From Ignavibacteriota bacterium (GTDB lineage: Bacteria; Bacteroidota; Ignavibacteria; UBA10030): a stretch of 64,000 nucleotides of DNA. The stretch is taken from positions 3,392,001 to 3,456,000 of the forward strand of contig OY969585.1 in assembly GCA_963701295.1 (NCBI GenBank). Reading direction: 5' to 3'. Shown here piece after piece: positions 31,011 to 41,147 of this stretch. The position numbers and the translations under genes are program-made. Each line of letters begins with the position of its first letter. The first letter of the stretch is position 1. The notes under the pieces were generated by a model, which was not told the origin of the DNA, did no database searches, and worked only from the letters and a program-made list of their open reading frames with translations.

Positions 31011-32450
31011 TTACATCCTGAAAAAGAAAAACCAAACGATTGCAAAAATCGGAATCAAAATCGGCAGCGAGTACCGTATGATATAGCCGAAGAAACTGGG
31101 ACATTCAACTCCCCATTGTTCAGCAATCGACTTCACCATAAAATTCGGTACATTACCGATGTATGTAACAGCACCAAAGAATACCGAGCCGAGCGAAATT
31201 GCCTGTACATATCGCCATGTTTGAGCTGTAATCTCCATTGCTCCCGGATGCAAAGGGTTAGGCGAGCCAATTGTTGCAGGGGTTGTTAAACCAAGCATCA
31301 AGTTCATATCATGAATATTGTTCACATTTGCTCCGTGCAAGCCAAATGCGGCAGTCAAAAAATTAAGATATGTCGGTGCGTTATCAAGCACGCTTGACAG
31401 TATTCCCGATCCCCAGAAATATTGTCCCGGTGTTACTAAGCCGATACTCGCAGCATTCAGTTCTAACCAATCCTGTACAGGAATCATCGTTACAAAAATA
31501 CCGGCAAAGAGAATCGTAACTTCTTTGATCGGAATGAAGTTAAATTCGTTTTTTTCATAAATCTCTTTCTTCGTGGTAATAAACGATGCGATAGCCGCAC
31601 TCCACATAATTGCTTCCCTCATCATCAAAGGAGCTGGAGATTTGAAAAACACAGCCGATAGAATAATCATAAGAAATACGATATTATGTAATCCTGATAT
31701 TTCCGCTTCATCAATTTCTGAGGCCACCTTTTGTACCAATGATGATTCTTTTCGGAAGTAATAAATGTCCAACAGGTAGAATACAAGGAGCACCATTCCT
31801 ACGGTGAGTAACCATATTTGAGAGACTCGCGGGATGAGCCAGAAGAACGGAATACCTTTTAGAAATCCTAGAAACAAAGGCGGGCCACTAATCGGCATTA
31901 ATGCACCACCGATATTACTGACGATAAAAATGAAGAACACGGTATGGTATCCCTTGATACGGTACTTATTCATCCGCAGGAAGGGACGAATCAACAGCAT
32001 AGACGCACCAGTAGTTCCAAGAATATTCGAAATGACGGCGCCTGTCGTTAAGAGCGCTACATTCCCGATAGGAGTTGACTTACCGTGTATCCGGACATGA
32101 ATTCCTCCGGCAACGATATACAATGATCCGATGAGTGAAATAAAACTTATGTATTCGTAGGAAGTCAAGAACAGACGTGGAACATTGTGTAATGAAAATG
32201 CATAATAAATAACAACCATAAACCCCAATGTATACGCCACGAATGGATAATTCTTCTGCCACCAATATTTGTTAATAAACGGCATGACAGCGAAAGAAAG
32301 AAGCAAGAGAAGAAATGGAACGATAAACCATACATTCACCGGAACAATCTTTACCTCTTTGAGAAGGTAACCGAAGAAGTTATAGATCACGATGACTGAA
32401 ATGGCAACAGTAGTAAACTTCCAGAGGAGGCGTCGTGTGTGTTGTTTCAT
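31011..32450 (-). CDS. Putative sodium:proton antiporter (IT superfamily)
   Basis: GTTGASMLLIRP, FFIFIVSNIGG, EVTILFAGIF.TM.P, LSSVLDNAPTYL, GAVTYIGN.PNFMVK. Confidence 0.82.
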   Translation of the reverse strand: MKQHTRRLLWKFTTVAISVIVIYNFFGYLLKEVKIVPVNVWFIVPFLLLLLSFAVMPFINKYWWQKNYPFVAYTLGFMVVIYYAFSLHNVPRLFLTSYEYISFISLIGSLYIVAGGIHVRIHGKSTPIGNVALLTTGAVISNILGTTGASMLLIRPFLRMNKYRIKGYHTVFFIFIVSNIGGALMPISGPPLFLGFLKGIPFFWLIPRVSQIWLLTVGMVLLVFYLLDIYYFRKESSLVQKVASEIDEAEISGLHNIVFLMIILSAVFFKSPAPLMMREAIMWSAAIASFITTKKEIYEKNEFNFIPIKEVTILFAGIFVTMIPVQDWLELNAASIGLVTPGQYFWGSGILSSVLDNAPTYLNFLTAAFGLHGANVNNIHDMNLMLGLTTPATIGSPNPLHPGAMEITAQTWRYVQAISLGSVFFGAVTYIGNVPNFMVKSIAEQWGVECPSFFGYIIRYSLPILIPIFAIVWFFFFRM

Positions 32451-34040
32451 TTACTTTCCAGATTGCACTTGAAGTGCACCCGCAAATTTTATCGGCGATC
32501 CGTGCTTCACACTTTCCATTTGTTCAACAGTGTGTTTCACCAACGAAGCAGATTTACTTAAGAATGTTTTCGGAAATACGCCAATCCAGACAACAAAGAG
32601 CACAATTGGAACTAACACAGCAATTTCGCGTCTGGTCAAATCCGTAAGATGGTGTCCGCCATAAAGACCGTCTGAATGCACAGGTCCCATCATCACCCGT
32701 TGGTACATCCAAAGTATATACACGGCAGAAAATATGACACCGAGGCCTGCAACAACGACGAACCAACGATTATCAAGGAGAGTTGACTTGAACGACCCTA
32801 GCATCACAAGAAACTCTCCGACAAAGCCATTTAATCCGGGCAAGCCGATCGAGGAAAAGGAGATAATCATCAGGAATGTTGCATAGACCGGCATCAGCTT
32901 CGCCACCCCACCATAGTTGGCAATGGATCTTGTGTGGGTTCGGTCGTAGATCATCCCAACAAGCAAGAAGAGTGCACCAGTGGAAAGACCATGATTGATC
33001 ATTTGAATAATCGCACCTTGTAAGCCTTCTTCCGTCATCGAAAATATTCCGAGCATGACAAATCCCAGATGCGAGACAGAAGAGTATGCAACAAGTTTTT
33101 TCATATCGGTCTGAACCATAGCGACAAGCGCACCGTAGACGATACCGATGACAGCAAGTAAACACATAAATGGCATTGCGCGTAGTGATGCATCGGCAAA
33201 AAGCGGCAAATTGAAACGGATAAACCCATATGTTCCCATTTTCAGCAAAACACCTGCAAGAATAACGCTGCCTGCTGTCGGAGCCTCTACGTGCGCATCA
33301 GGCAGCCACGTATGCAATGGCCACACTGGTACTTTAATAGCAAAACTTAATCCAAATGCCGCAAACATCCACATCTGGAGATTAACAGGAAGCAGTGGTG
33401 CGATGCGGTAGAGGTCAAATAAATTCGTGGTAAACTGTCCGCCAGGAACAGTAGAAGCAAAGTAGCCGAGCCAAATAATCGCAACAAGCATTAAAACACT
33501 GCCGAAGAGTGTGAAGAGAAAGAATTTCACAGCCGCGTATATACGATTGGGCCCGCCCCAGACTCCAATGATGAAGTACATCGGAATCAACATTGCTTCC
33601 CAGAAAATGTAGAAGAGGAACAAATCGAGAGAAGCAAAAACACCGATCATCCCTACTTCCAACAACAATATCATCATGGAATATCCTTTGAGCTGCTTCT
33701 CGATGGAGTTCCATGTGCCCAAAAGCGCCAGAGGTGTAAGAAATGTCGTTAACATAATTAAAAGAAGAGACATTCCATCGATGCCAACAAAATAACTGAT
33801 ATTGAGATTGCCTATCCAAGTAAACTTATGTAGGAATTGGAACCCTCCAATTGCTGTGTCATAACCAAAAAAAAGAAAGAGTGAAATGAGAAACGTCGCT
33901 ATCGATCCACCCAAAGTCACCAGTTTTATTCCCCTGATATTTTCCTTTGGCAGAAAAAAAATGACAACCGTAAAAACAAGCGGAAGAAAGATAATCGTTG
34001 TAAGGATGAATCCGGATGCCATTGAATCAATTCCAGTCAA
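32451..34040 (-). CDS. nuoM: NADH-quinone oxidoreductase subunit M
   Basis: FWEAMLIPMY, KVPVWPLHTWLPDAHVEAPT, KKLVAYSSVSH. Confidence 0.97.
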   Translation of the reverse strand: MTGIDSMASGFILTTIIFLPLVFTVVIFFLPKENIRGIKLVTLGGSIATFLISLFLFFGYDTAIGGFQFLHKFTWIGNLNISYFVGIDGMSLLLIMLTTFLTPLALLGTWNSIEKQLKGYSMMILLLEVGMIGVFASLDLFLFYIFWEAMLIPMYFIIGVWGGPNRIYAAVKFFLFTLFGSVLMLVAIIWLGYFASTVPGGQFTTNLFDLYRIAPLLPVNLQMWMFAAFGLSFAIKVPVWPLHTWLPDAHVEAPTAGSVILAGVLLKMGTYGFIRFNLPLFADASLRAMPFMCLLAVIGIVYGALVAMVQTDMKKLVAYSSVSHLGFVMLGIFSMTEEGLQGAIIQMINHGLSTGALFLLVGMIYDRTHTRSIANYGGVAKLMPVYATFLMIISFSSIGLPGLNGFVGEFLVMLGSFKSTLLDNRWFVVVAGLGVIFSAVYILWMYQRVMMGPVHSDGLYGGHHLTDLTRREIAVLVPIVLFVVWIGVFPKTFLSKSASLVKHTVEQMESVKHGSPIKFAGALQVQSGK

Positions 34041-34041
34041 A

Positions 34042-35997
34042 TTATTTGAGTAACAGCCATGTAATCACAAAGAGAATACCACCGATAAATACGACTGCAT
34101 AAAATTGTGCCACACCGGTTTGAATTTTCCGCAAAGATTGCGCTATTGCACTGATAACCTTAGCCGATCCATTCACCATTCCATCAATCAAAGTGACATC
34201 GACGACCTTCCAAAGAATTTCTTCAGAAGTCTTCACCGCCGGTTCAACAATCACCGCACCGTATATTTCATCGACATAATACTTATTCAATAACAATCGA
34301 TAGACGCGAGGATACCGTTGTTGGAGTGAAGTAGCAATTTCGATACGTTGTAGATATACCCAACGCGCAGCATAAATTCCTGCGATTGCAATACCCACAG
34401 AAACAACCATCAGCAAATATTCCATTATCCCACCGGAATATTCACTTGACATCAATTTATATTGTGCATGAGAAAAAACAGGATCAAGCCAATGCTCAAT
34501 AGCGCTCCAATGTGGAATTCCAACGAATCCACCAACGATCGAAAGTCCTGCAAGAATTATAAGAGGCACCGTCATTGTTTTGGGTGCTTCATGCGGGTGA
34601 AGATGATGATCTCCGCCAGAGCCGGATCCGCCTTTAGCGGAGAAGCGACTTTTCCCTAGAAAAGTAAGTGTCACCAATCGGAACATGTAGAATGCTGTCA
34701 TCGCAGCGCCAAAGACACCGAGCAACCATAGAACCCAAGAACCTTGCTCGCTGTTGAATGTCTTCCAGAGAATTTCATCCTTGCTAAAAAATCCTGCGAA
34801 CGGGGGAATACCTGCAATTGCAATTGCGCCGATTAAAAATGTCTTGTAGGTGGTCGGAAGGTATTCTTTCAATCCACCCATTTTCTGTATATCCTGTTCA
34901 TCATGCATCGCATGGATCACTGCACCGGAGCCAAGAAAGAGGAGCGCTTTGAAAAATGCATGCGTCATCAAATGGAAGATACCAGCGCTAAAAGCCGCGA
35001 CACCCATTGCAAGAAACATATACCCAAGCTGGCTAATCGTCGAATAAGCAAGAACCTTTTTGATATCGTTCTGAACGAGACCAATGGTCGCTGCAAACAC
35101 TGCTGTGACTGCACCGATAACCGCCACAACTTCCATTGCAACCGGAGAAAGGGCATAAAGAATAGAACAACGTGCGACCATATAGACGCCAGCTGTCACC
35201 ATTGTCGCAGCATGGATAAGTGCGCTCACAGGAGTTGGACCTGCCATCGCATCCGGCAGCCAGACATACAATGGAATCTGCGCCGATTTACCAATTGCAC
35301 CAAAGAAGAGGAGCAATGTAATCCAGAGAATAGTTGTATTCCCCATTGATAATAGTGATGCACCGCTGAACACAGTACTGAAGTTGAGACTGCCAAAAGT
35401 AGAGAATATTAACAACATGCCAATAATGAATCCAAAGTCGCCGATGCGGTTAACCACAAACGCTTTCTTTGCGGCATCACCCGTAAATTTCTTCTCATAC
35501 CAAAATCCGATGAGGAGGTAAGAACAAAGTCCAACACCTTCCCATCCAAGAAATAGAAGAAGGAAGTTATCGGCAAGAACGAGATTGAGCATTGCAAAGA
35601 TAAAGAGATTCAAGTATGCAAAGAATCGCCAGAAACCACGATCGTCATGCATATATCCGATGGAATAGACATGAATCAGAAACCCGACGCCTGTGACAAT
35701 AAGCGCCATCAAAATGGAAATCTGATCAATTTGATAAGCAATGTCGACACTGAACGAACTTGGTGATCCGGTGAATGCTGAAAGCCATGTAAACAAGGTA
35801 ACAATCTGCTTTCTCTGCTCCGGCTCCACGCTCAGCATTTGGAAGAACACTAATAATGCAAAGAGGAATGACAATCCAACCGTGCCGCTTCCGAGAATAC
35901 CGATAAGCTTTTCGCTTTTCATCCGAGACCCGAAAAGACCAAGTATGAGGAACCCTAGCAACGGAAAAATAACGATGAGCGGCGTGTATATATTCAT
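34042..35997 (-). CDS. nuoL: NADH-quinone oxidoreductase subunit L (contains a 10-aa in-frame hairpin insertion)
   Basis: GWEGVGLCSYLLIGFW, GKSAQIPLYVWLPDAMAGPTPVSALIHAATMV, HAFFKALLFL. Confidence 0.97.
   Translation of the reverse strand: MNIYTPLIVIFPLLGFLILGLFGSRMKSEKLIGILGSGTVGLSFLFALLVFFQMLSVEPEQRKQIVTLFTWLSAFTGSPSSFSVDIAYQIDQISILMALIVTGVGFLIHVYSIGYMHDDRGFWRFFAYLNLFIFAMLNLVLADNFLLLFLGWEGVGLCSYLLIGFWYEKKFTGDAAKKAFVVNRIGDFGFIIGMLLIFSTFGSLNFSTVFSGASLLSMGNTTILWITLLLFFGAIGKSAQIPLYVWLPDAMAGPTPVSALIHAATMVTAGVYMVARCSILYALSPVAMEVVAVIGAVTAVFAATIGLVQNDIKKVLAYSTISQLGYMFLAMGVAAFSAGIFHLMTHAFFKALLFLGSGAVIHAMHDEQDIQKMGGLKEYLPTTYKTFLIGAIAIAGIPPFAGFFSKDEILWKTFNSEQGSWVLWLLGVFGAAMTAFYMFRLVTLTFLGKSRFSAKGGSGSGGDHHLHPHEAPKTMTVPLIILAGLSIVGGFVGIPHWSAIEHWLDPVFSHAQYKLMSSEYSGGIMEYLLMVVSVGIAIAGIYAARWVYLQRIEIATSLQQRYPRVYRLLLNKYYVDEIYGAVIVEPAVKTSEEILWKVVDVTLIDGMVNGSAKVISAIAQSLRKIQTGVAQFYAVVFIGGILFVITWLLLK
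34612..34641. repeat. Tandem pair of 15-nt hairpins inserted in frame in nuoL (SAKGGSGSGG)
   Basis: Minus strand TCCGCTAAAGGCGGA-TCCGGCTCTGGCGGA; the first unit is 14/15 identical to the hairpin at 23453-23467. Confidence 0.85.
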
Positions 35998-36115
35998 TTC
36001 TTCAGATTCTATCGTGTTTGTTTTTATGCAGATTGCAGATGACGCATTACCGATTATGTTTTTCCACCTACTGTCTACCTTTTACTTTCTACTTTTTTAC
36101 TTTCACACTTCCTTA

Positions 36116-36424
36116 TTACCATTTCATAATATTAATTTCATCAAGATTGACCGTTTGCTTTCGTCGAAAGAGCGCAATGACAATTGCTAAACCAACTGCT
36201 GCTTCTGCGGCCGCAACGGTCATAACGAAGAACACAAACACCTGTCCTGTAGCGTCACCCAGAAATGCAGAGAAAGCAACGAATGTCAGGTTAACGGAAT
36301 TCAACATCAACTCGATAGACATAAATACGATGATGGCATTCCGGCGTGTTACAACGCCAACGGCACCGATTATAAACATCATAGCGCTTAGGATCAGATA
36401 TGATTGCAGAGAAACCATAGTCAA
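36116..36424 (-). CDS. nuoK: NADH-quinone oxidoreductase subunit K
   Basis: [28 protein letters not shown]. Confidence 0.97.
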   Translation of the reverse strand: MTMVSLQSYLILSAMMFIIGAVGVVTRRNAIIVFMSIELMLNSVNLTFVAFSAFLGDATGQVFVFFVMTVAAAEAAVGLAIVIALFRRKQTVNLDEINIMKW

Positions 36425-36457
36425 TTCATAAGATAAAAGAATAACGTGATTACTATT

Positions 36458-36967
36458 TCAATCGAGATTTTTTTTCGCTATAACAATCGCACCAACGATC
36501 GCTGCCGTGAGCAGCAACGAAGTTACTTCAAATGGAAACAGGAACTGAGTAAAGAGTATGCGTCCGATCGCTTCTACTGTTCCTATATTCGTAGCTCGTG
36601 TCATCTCAATGGTCTGCGTACCGCTAGGTGTGATAAAGATATAAACCAATTCCATCAACACACCGAAGCCGAAACCCCCAGCCACTACTTTTTTCCACGA
36701 AAAGCCATCCCGCAGGCTGCGTTCATCACCAAGATTGAGCAGCATAATCACAAAGACAAAGAGCACCATAATAGCGCCTGCGTAAACGAGAATCTGAACA
36801 ACTGCAATAAACTGAGCATGGAGTGTAAGATAAATACCGGCAAGACAGAAAAAATTGACGATTAGATATATCGCCGAGATAATTGGATTGCGTCGAGTAA
36901 TTACCAATAACGCAGAAACGATTCCACCAAGCGCAAATATGTAAAAAAGAATTTGTTCGAGAGTCAC
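36458..36967 (-). CDS. nuoJ: NADH-quinone oxidoreductase subunit J
   Basis: QILVYAGAIMVLFVFVIMLL, PFEVTSLLL. Confidence 0.97.
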   Translation of the reverse strand: MTLEQILFYIFALGGIVSALLVITRRNPIISAIYLIVNFFCLAGIYLTLHAQFIAVVQILVYAGAIMVLFVFVIMLLNLGDERSLRDGFSWKKVVAGGFGFGVLMELVYIFITPSGTQTIEMTRATNIGTVEAIGRILFTQFLFPFEVTSLLLTAAIVGAIVIAKKNLD

Positions 36968-37004
36968 GTTTTCAATCCAAAATATTTTTTAAATACAAAA
37001 AATG

Positions 37005-38252
37005 TCATTTTTCACGTACCCAGTGGAAAAGTTCTGCAAGTGTCGGCCTTTTTCCATACGATAAAATCGCAATACGAAAAATCTTTCCCGCCACCCACAT
37101 CATGAAAATAGAAGAAACAAGGAGAAGTCCTATCGTGCACAAAATTTCCCATGTTGCCGGCATTTGGATTGGGATGCGCAGCACCATCAACGTCGGTGTC
37201 AGTAATGGAACAAATGATAGTACCTTAATCCAAACCGAATTGGCGTTTTGCATCACAGGAATTGCAATCACCATTGGAAAAACGAGCAACAGACTTACAT
37301 ATGTCGTAATTTGCTGTGCCTCTTGTTCTGTGGTTACCGGAGATCCAGCAGCGACAAATATTGCTGAATAGAAAATGTAACCCAAAACAAAATAAATAAA
37401 CGAGAGCATCAAACTACCGGAGGTGAAAAGATTTGAGCCGGTTTTTAATGTCACTGCAAAACCAATCATTCCCCAAATAAGCATTTGTAAAATTCCGAGT
37501 CCGCTGAGCCCAAGAATTTTCCCTACCATTAAATCCTGTGCCGAGCACGAAGAAAGCAATACTTCTATAACACGATTCGATTTTTCTTCTACAACACTTC
37601 GGATAAGAAGCTGGCCCGACGTCATGACCAAAAAAAGTAACATCATAATGACAATGTATCCGCTGAAAAATGTTTCGAGAAACCCTGATTCCTTTTCTTC
37701 GCCTTTTTCAGAGATCTTGATGGATTTTACATCTACATCCGCAATGATTTTTTTTATGAGAGACGGATCAAGCCCCTGCTTTATAATTCGACTCTCGACA
37801 ATTACTTCTTCAATCGTACGGGAGAATCGTTCTTGAATTCTCAAATTACCCACATTTTCTGCACGGTATTCCACCTTCCCACTGTCAAAGATAGCCTGTG
37901 GAAAATAAAAATAACCGCTTAGATCTCCAGATGTCACCAGACGATTTGCTTCAGCCTTTTTCTTTTCAATATCACCTTGCATAGTTAAGTTTTTTATAAC
38001 ATAGTTCGGATTACTATCCGGTAATTTATATTTTTCATCAAGCTTTTTTGAAAGCGGACCGACAACGCTTTGAGATTCATCAATAATACCAATAATAGTT
38101 GAAGTAGTATCAGGCCGTGAGGCTAAAATTCCCGGCAATACTCCGAACAATATCATAATAACCGGCATAATGACGAGCGATATGATGAACGCTTTTGACT
38201 TAACCTTTTCACTGAATTCCCATATTGCAACTTCAAATGATTTCGATTTCAT
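37005..38252 (-). CDS. ABC-2 type permease (NatB/YhaP-like)
   Basis: SVVEEKSNRVIEVLLSS..LMVGKILG, large extracellular loop. Confidence 0.9.
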   Translation of the reverse strand: MKSKSFEVAIWEFSEKVKSKAFIISLVIMPVIMILFGVLPGILASRPDTTSTIIGIIDESQSVVGPLSKKLDEKYKLPDSNPNYVIKNLTMQGDIEKKKAEANRLVTSGDLSGYFYFPQAIFDSGKVEYRAENVGNLRIQERFSRTIEEVIVESRIIKQGLDPSLIKKIIADVDVKSIKISEKGEEKESGFLETFFSGYIVIMMLLFLVMTSGQLLIRSVVEEKSNRVIEVLLSSCSAQDLMVGKILGLSGLGILQMLIWGMIGFAVTLKTGSNLFTSGSLMLSFIYFVLGYIFYSAIFVAAGSPVTTEQEAQQITTYVSLLLVFPMVIAIPVMQNANSVWIKVLSFVPLLTPTLMVLRIPIQMPATWEILCTIGLLLVSSIFMMWVAGKIFRIAILSYGKRPTLAELFHWVREK

Positions 38253-39433
38253 GGCTGCACCTCTTGAGATATTTTTGCCATGAATTCTTGTTTCACTTTT
38301 TTCTTCATTAGTATGAACCTGACGCCGCTTATGACGACCAAGGCGTATGGGATTCCGATAGATAGAAGTTGTGGATTCGGCCGAAAAAAAGCAGAGACAG
38401 TGAAGACAATAGCAAGAATCCCCATTCCTATGAATGAAAATAATGCTTTCCGAACTCGCCCATCTTTCATAACAAGATCGTTAGTTGATTTTTGCTGAAT
38501 TTGAGGAACAGGAATCGGCTTTCCGCTTGCTTGTTCAATTTCTTGAGGGCCGCCAACAACATTAATAAAAATAGAATTCAGGGAGGGTTCGACAATTTCA
38601 AATTTTCTCAGCGATAATTTTCCATTGAGATTCGCAAGCAATTCGCTGCTCTTGGAAATATCGGTAAGCTCAAGTTCAGCATAATTCTGATAGATATCCG
38701 CTCGGCGAATAAAATTAAAACTTTTAAGAAATTCACCATCGCCTTCATATTCAAGATGAATAGAGTTGGTTCCATAGCGTTTCTTGATCTCATATAATTC
38801 TCCGCTGAGCACAGGTTTCCCTTTGTTGATCAAGCAAATGTTATCGCACATTTTTTCCACTTGTTCCATTTGATGCGTAGAGAAAACGATGGCGGTATTC
38901 TGCTGGCGAAGCTCAAGCAAAATATCTTTCAAAAGAACTTGGTTTACAGGGTCAAGACCTGTGAAAGGTTCATCAAGAATGAGTAATTGAGGACTGTGCA
39001 AAATAGATATGATAAGCTGGATTTTCTGTTGATTCCCTTTTGAGAGCTCCTCAATTTTCCGATGATACTCATCTTTCAACCCAAATCTTTCCAGCCAATA
39101 GATTGCTAAGGGTTTGGCTTGTTTTGGCGACAGACCTTTTAAAGCTGCAAAATAGAGAATCGCATTTATGATTTTACTTTTACGATACAGACCCCGTTCT
39201 TCCGGTAAGTACCCGATAGTATTCCATGTATTATCTGTAAACGGTTTTCCATCAAAATAAATCTCACCTCTATCCGGCTGGATAATATTAAGTATTGTTC
39301 GTATGGTAGTCGTTTTGCCAGCGCCGTTGGGGCCAAGCAAACCGAACAATTCTCCCCGTTTCACTTCCAACGATACGCCATCCACCGCAACGACGGTATC
39401 GTATTCTTTTCTAAGATTTGTTACTTTCAGCAT
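38249..39433 (-). CDS. ABC transporter ATP-binding protein (NatA/YhaQ-like) with a C-terminal two-TM extension
   Basis: GPNGAGKTT, IGYLPEERGLY, LSKGNQQK, LDEPF; extra ~95 aa with two hydrophobic helices. Confidence 0.92.
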   Translation of the reverse strand: MLKVTNLRKEYDTVVAVDGVSLEVKRGELFGLLGPNGAGKTTTIRTILNIIQPDRGEIYFDGKPFTDNTWNTIGYLPEERGLYRKSKIINAILYFAALKGLSPKQAKPLAIYWLERFGLKDEYHRKIEELSKGNQQKIQLIISILHSPQLLILDEPFTGLDPVNQVLLKDILLELRQQNTAIVFSTHQMEQVEKMCDNICLINKGKPVLSGELYEIKKRYGTNSIHLEYEGDGEFLKSFNFIRRADIYQNYAELELTDISKSSELLANLNGKLSLRKFEIVEPSLNSIFINVVGGPQEIEQASGKPIPVPQIQQKSTNDLVMKDGRVRKALFSFIGMGILAIVFTVSAFFRPNPQLLSIGIPYALVVISGVRFILMKKKVKQEFMAKISQEVQP

Positions 39434-39505
39434 ACGTTTTTATTATACTCTTTCGTCTTGAAGTCTTTTTCTCTATTGTACCAATCTTAAAGATTTTTTT
39501 TGGAT

Positions 39506-40813
39506 CTATGGCGTGTTACGATAAATCATACGTGGGAACGGAGATGTTTCGCGTACATGTTCGGTTCCGCAAATCCAACCAACCGTTCGTTCAACACCAA
39601 GGCCAAATCCAGCGTGAGGTACACTCCCGAAGCGGCGTAAATCAAGATACCATTCAAATGCTTCCTGCGGAAGTTTATGCTCCTTGATGCGCGCCAATAA
39701 TACATCCAAATCATCTTCACGCTGGCTGCCGCCGATGATTTCTCCATACCCTTCCGGGGCCAATACATCAACAGCAAGTGCAAGTTTAGGATTCTCCGGA
39801 TCGCGTTTCATATAAAAAGCCTTCACGTCAGAAGGATAGCGATGCACCATGACCGGACGATCAAACTGTTCAGAGACAACCGTCTCATCCGTTCCGCCTA
39901 AGTCATTTCCCCACTCAAATGGCAATCCTTTATCGTGGAGAATCTTGACTGCTTCATCGTATGTAATACGCGGCAGCGGTTTTTTCACATTTTGCAGTTT
40001 TGTTATATCTCGTTCCAACACTTTCAATTCCGCGACGCAATCCTTCAAAACGCTTTGCACAATGTACTCCAGGAAATCTTCCGCCAGATCCATATCATCG
40101 TTCAGATCATTAAATGCAACTTCCGGCTCAACCATCCAGAACTCTGTTAGGTGTCGTCGTGTCTTCGATTTTTCCGCGCGAAACGTCGGTCCGAAGCAAT
40201 ACACTTTGCCGAACGCCATCGCGCTCGCTTCAGCATAGAGTTGCCCAGACTGAGTCAGGTATGCTTTTCCAAGGTCGAAGTAATCCGTTTCGAACAATGT
40301 CGAAGTACCTTCGCATGCTGCCGGCGTTAAAATTGGCGAATCAACAAGTGTAAAACCGCGCTTGTCGAAAAAATCGCGGATGGCCTTAACAACCCTATGC
40401 CTTATCCGCATAATAGCATGCTGTCGCGAAGACCGTAGCCAAAGGTGCCTCCGATCGGCAAGAAATTCGATACCGTGCTCTTTTGGAGTAATTGGATAGT
40501 CATGTGCAATCTGATACACATGAGGAATATCGGAAAGCTCCATTTCGAAACCACCTGGTGCACGTGGTTCCTTTTTAATCTTTCCTTTAATCGAGAAAGA
40601 AGATTCCTGTGTGAGTGCATCGAACTTGTCAAAAACCTCATCCGGCACTCCGCCCTTTACCATGACAGATTGAATTACTCCGGTTCCATCCCTCAGGAGC
40701 AAGAAACGGACCTTTCCGCTTGATCGCTTATTATACAGCCATCCGTGCAGCTGAACTTCTTCACCTACATACTGGTCTAATTGGTCAATATAGATACGTG
40801 CCATTGTTCCCAT
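39506..40813 (-). CDS. asnS: Asparagine--tRNA ligase
   Basis: [48 protein letters not shown]. Confidence 0.97.
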   Translation of the reverse strand: MGTMARIYIDQLDQYVGEEVQLHGWLYNKRSSGKVRFLLLRDGTGVIQSVMVKGGVPDEVFDKFDALTQESSFSIKGKIKKEPRAPGGFEMELSDIPHVYQIAHDYPITPKEHGIEFLADRRHLWLRSSRQHAIMRIRHRVVKAIRDFFDKRGFTLVDSPILTPAACEGTSTLFETDYFDLGKAYLTQSGQLYAEASAMAFGKVYCFGPTFRAEKSKTRRHLTEFWMVEPEVAFNDLNDDMDLAEDFLEYIVQSVLKDCVAELKVLERDITKLQNVKKPLPRITYDEAVKILHDKGLPFEWGNDLGGTDETVVSEQFDRPVMVHRYPSDVKAFYMKRDPENPKLALAVDVLAPEGYGEIIGGSQREDDLDVLLARIKEHKLPQEAFEWYLDLRRFGSVPHAGFGLGVERTVGWICGTEHVRETSPFPRMIYRNTP

Positions 40814-40897
40814 TCAATTTATGAGAAATAATGTTTGAAGAATATAGCGAACTAATCAGACTTGTTCAATTGGAATGAAAAATTATGGAGAGTAAAC

Positions 40898-41140
40898 TTA
40901 TGTATTTGACTCCGGTTTGCTTTCCTTTTGTTTGTCAGGTAGTTCAACAAACTTCGCATCTTGAACATCTTTATAGTTTTCTTTCGGCTTCGAGGGTGTT
41001 TCTGGCTGAACGGAGCGTGAAAACGGGCGGGACGATCCCATTAATACTCTTATAATTCCTTTTACGAGCGTCAGCACAAAATAAATCACAAACGCTGCAA
41101 TAAAAAAACGAACAAGAGAAAATATTAATATCCTGATCAT
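40898..41140 (-). CDS. Small membrane protein
   Basis: N-terminal TM helix, C-terminal DVQDAKFVE motif. Confidence 0.7.
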   Translation of the reverse strand: MIRILIFSLVRFFIAAFVIYFVLTLVKGIIRVLMGSSRPFSRSVQPETPSKPKENYKDVQDAKFVELPDKQKESKPESNT

Positions 41141-41147
41141 ACTATTT

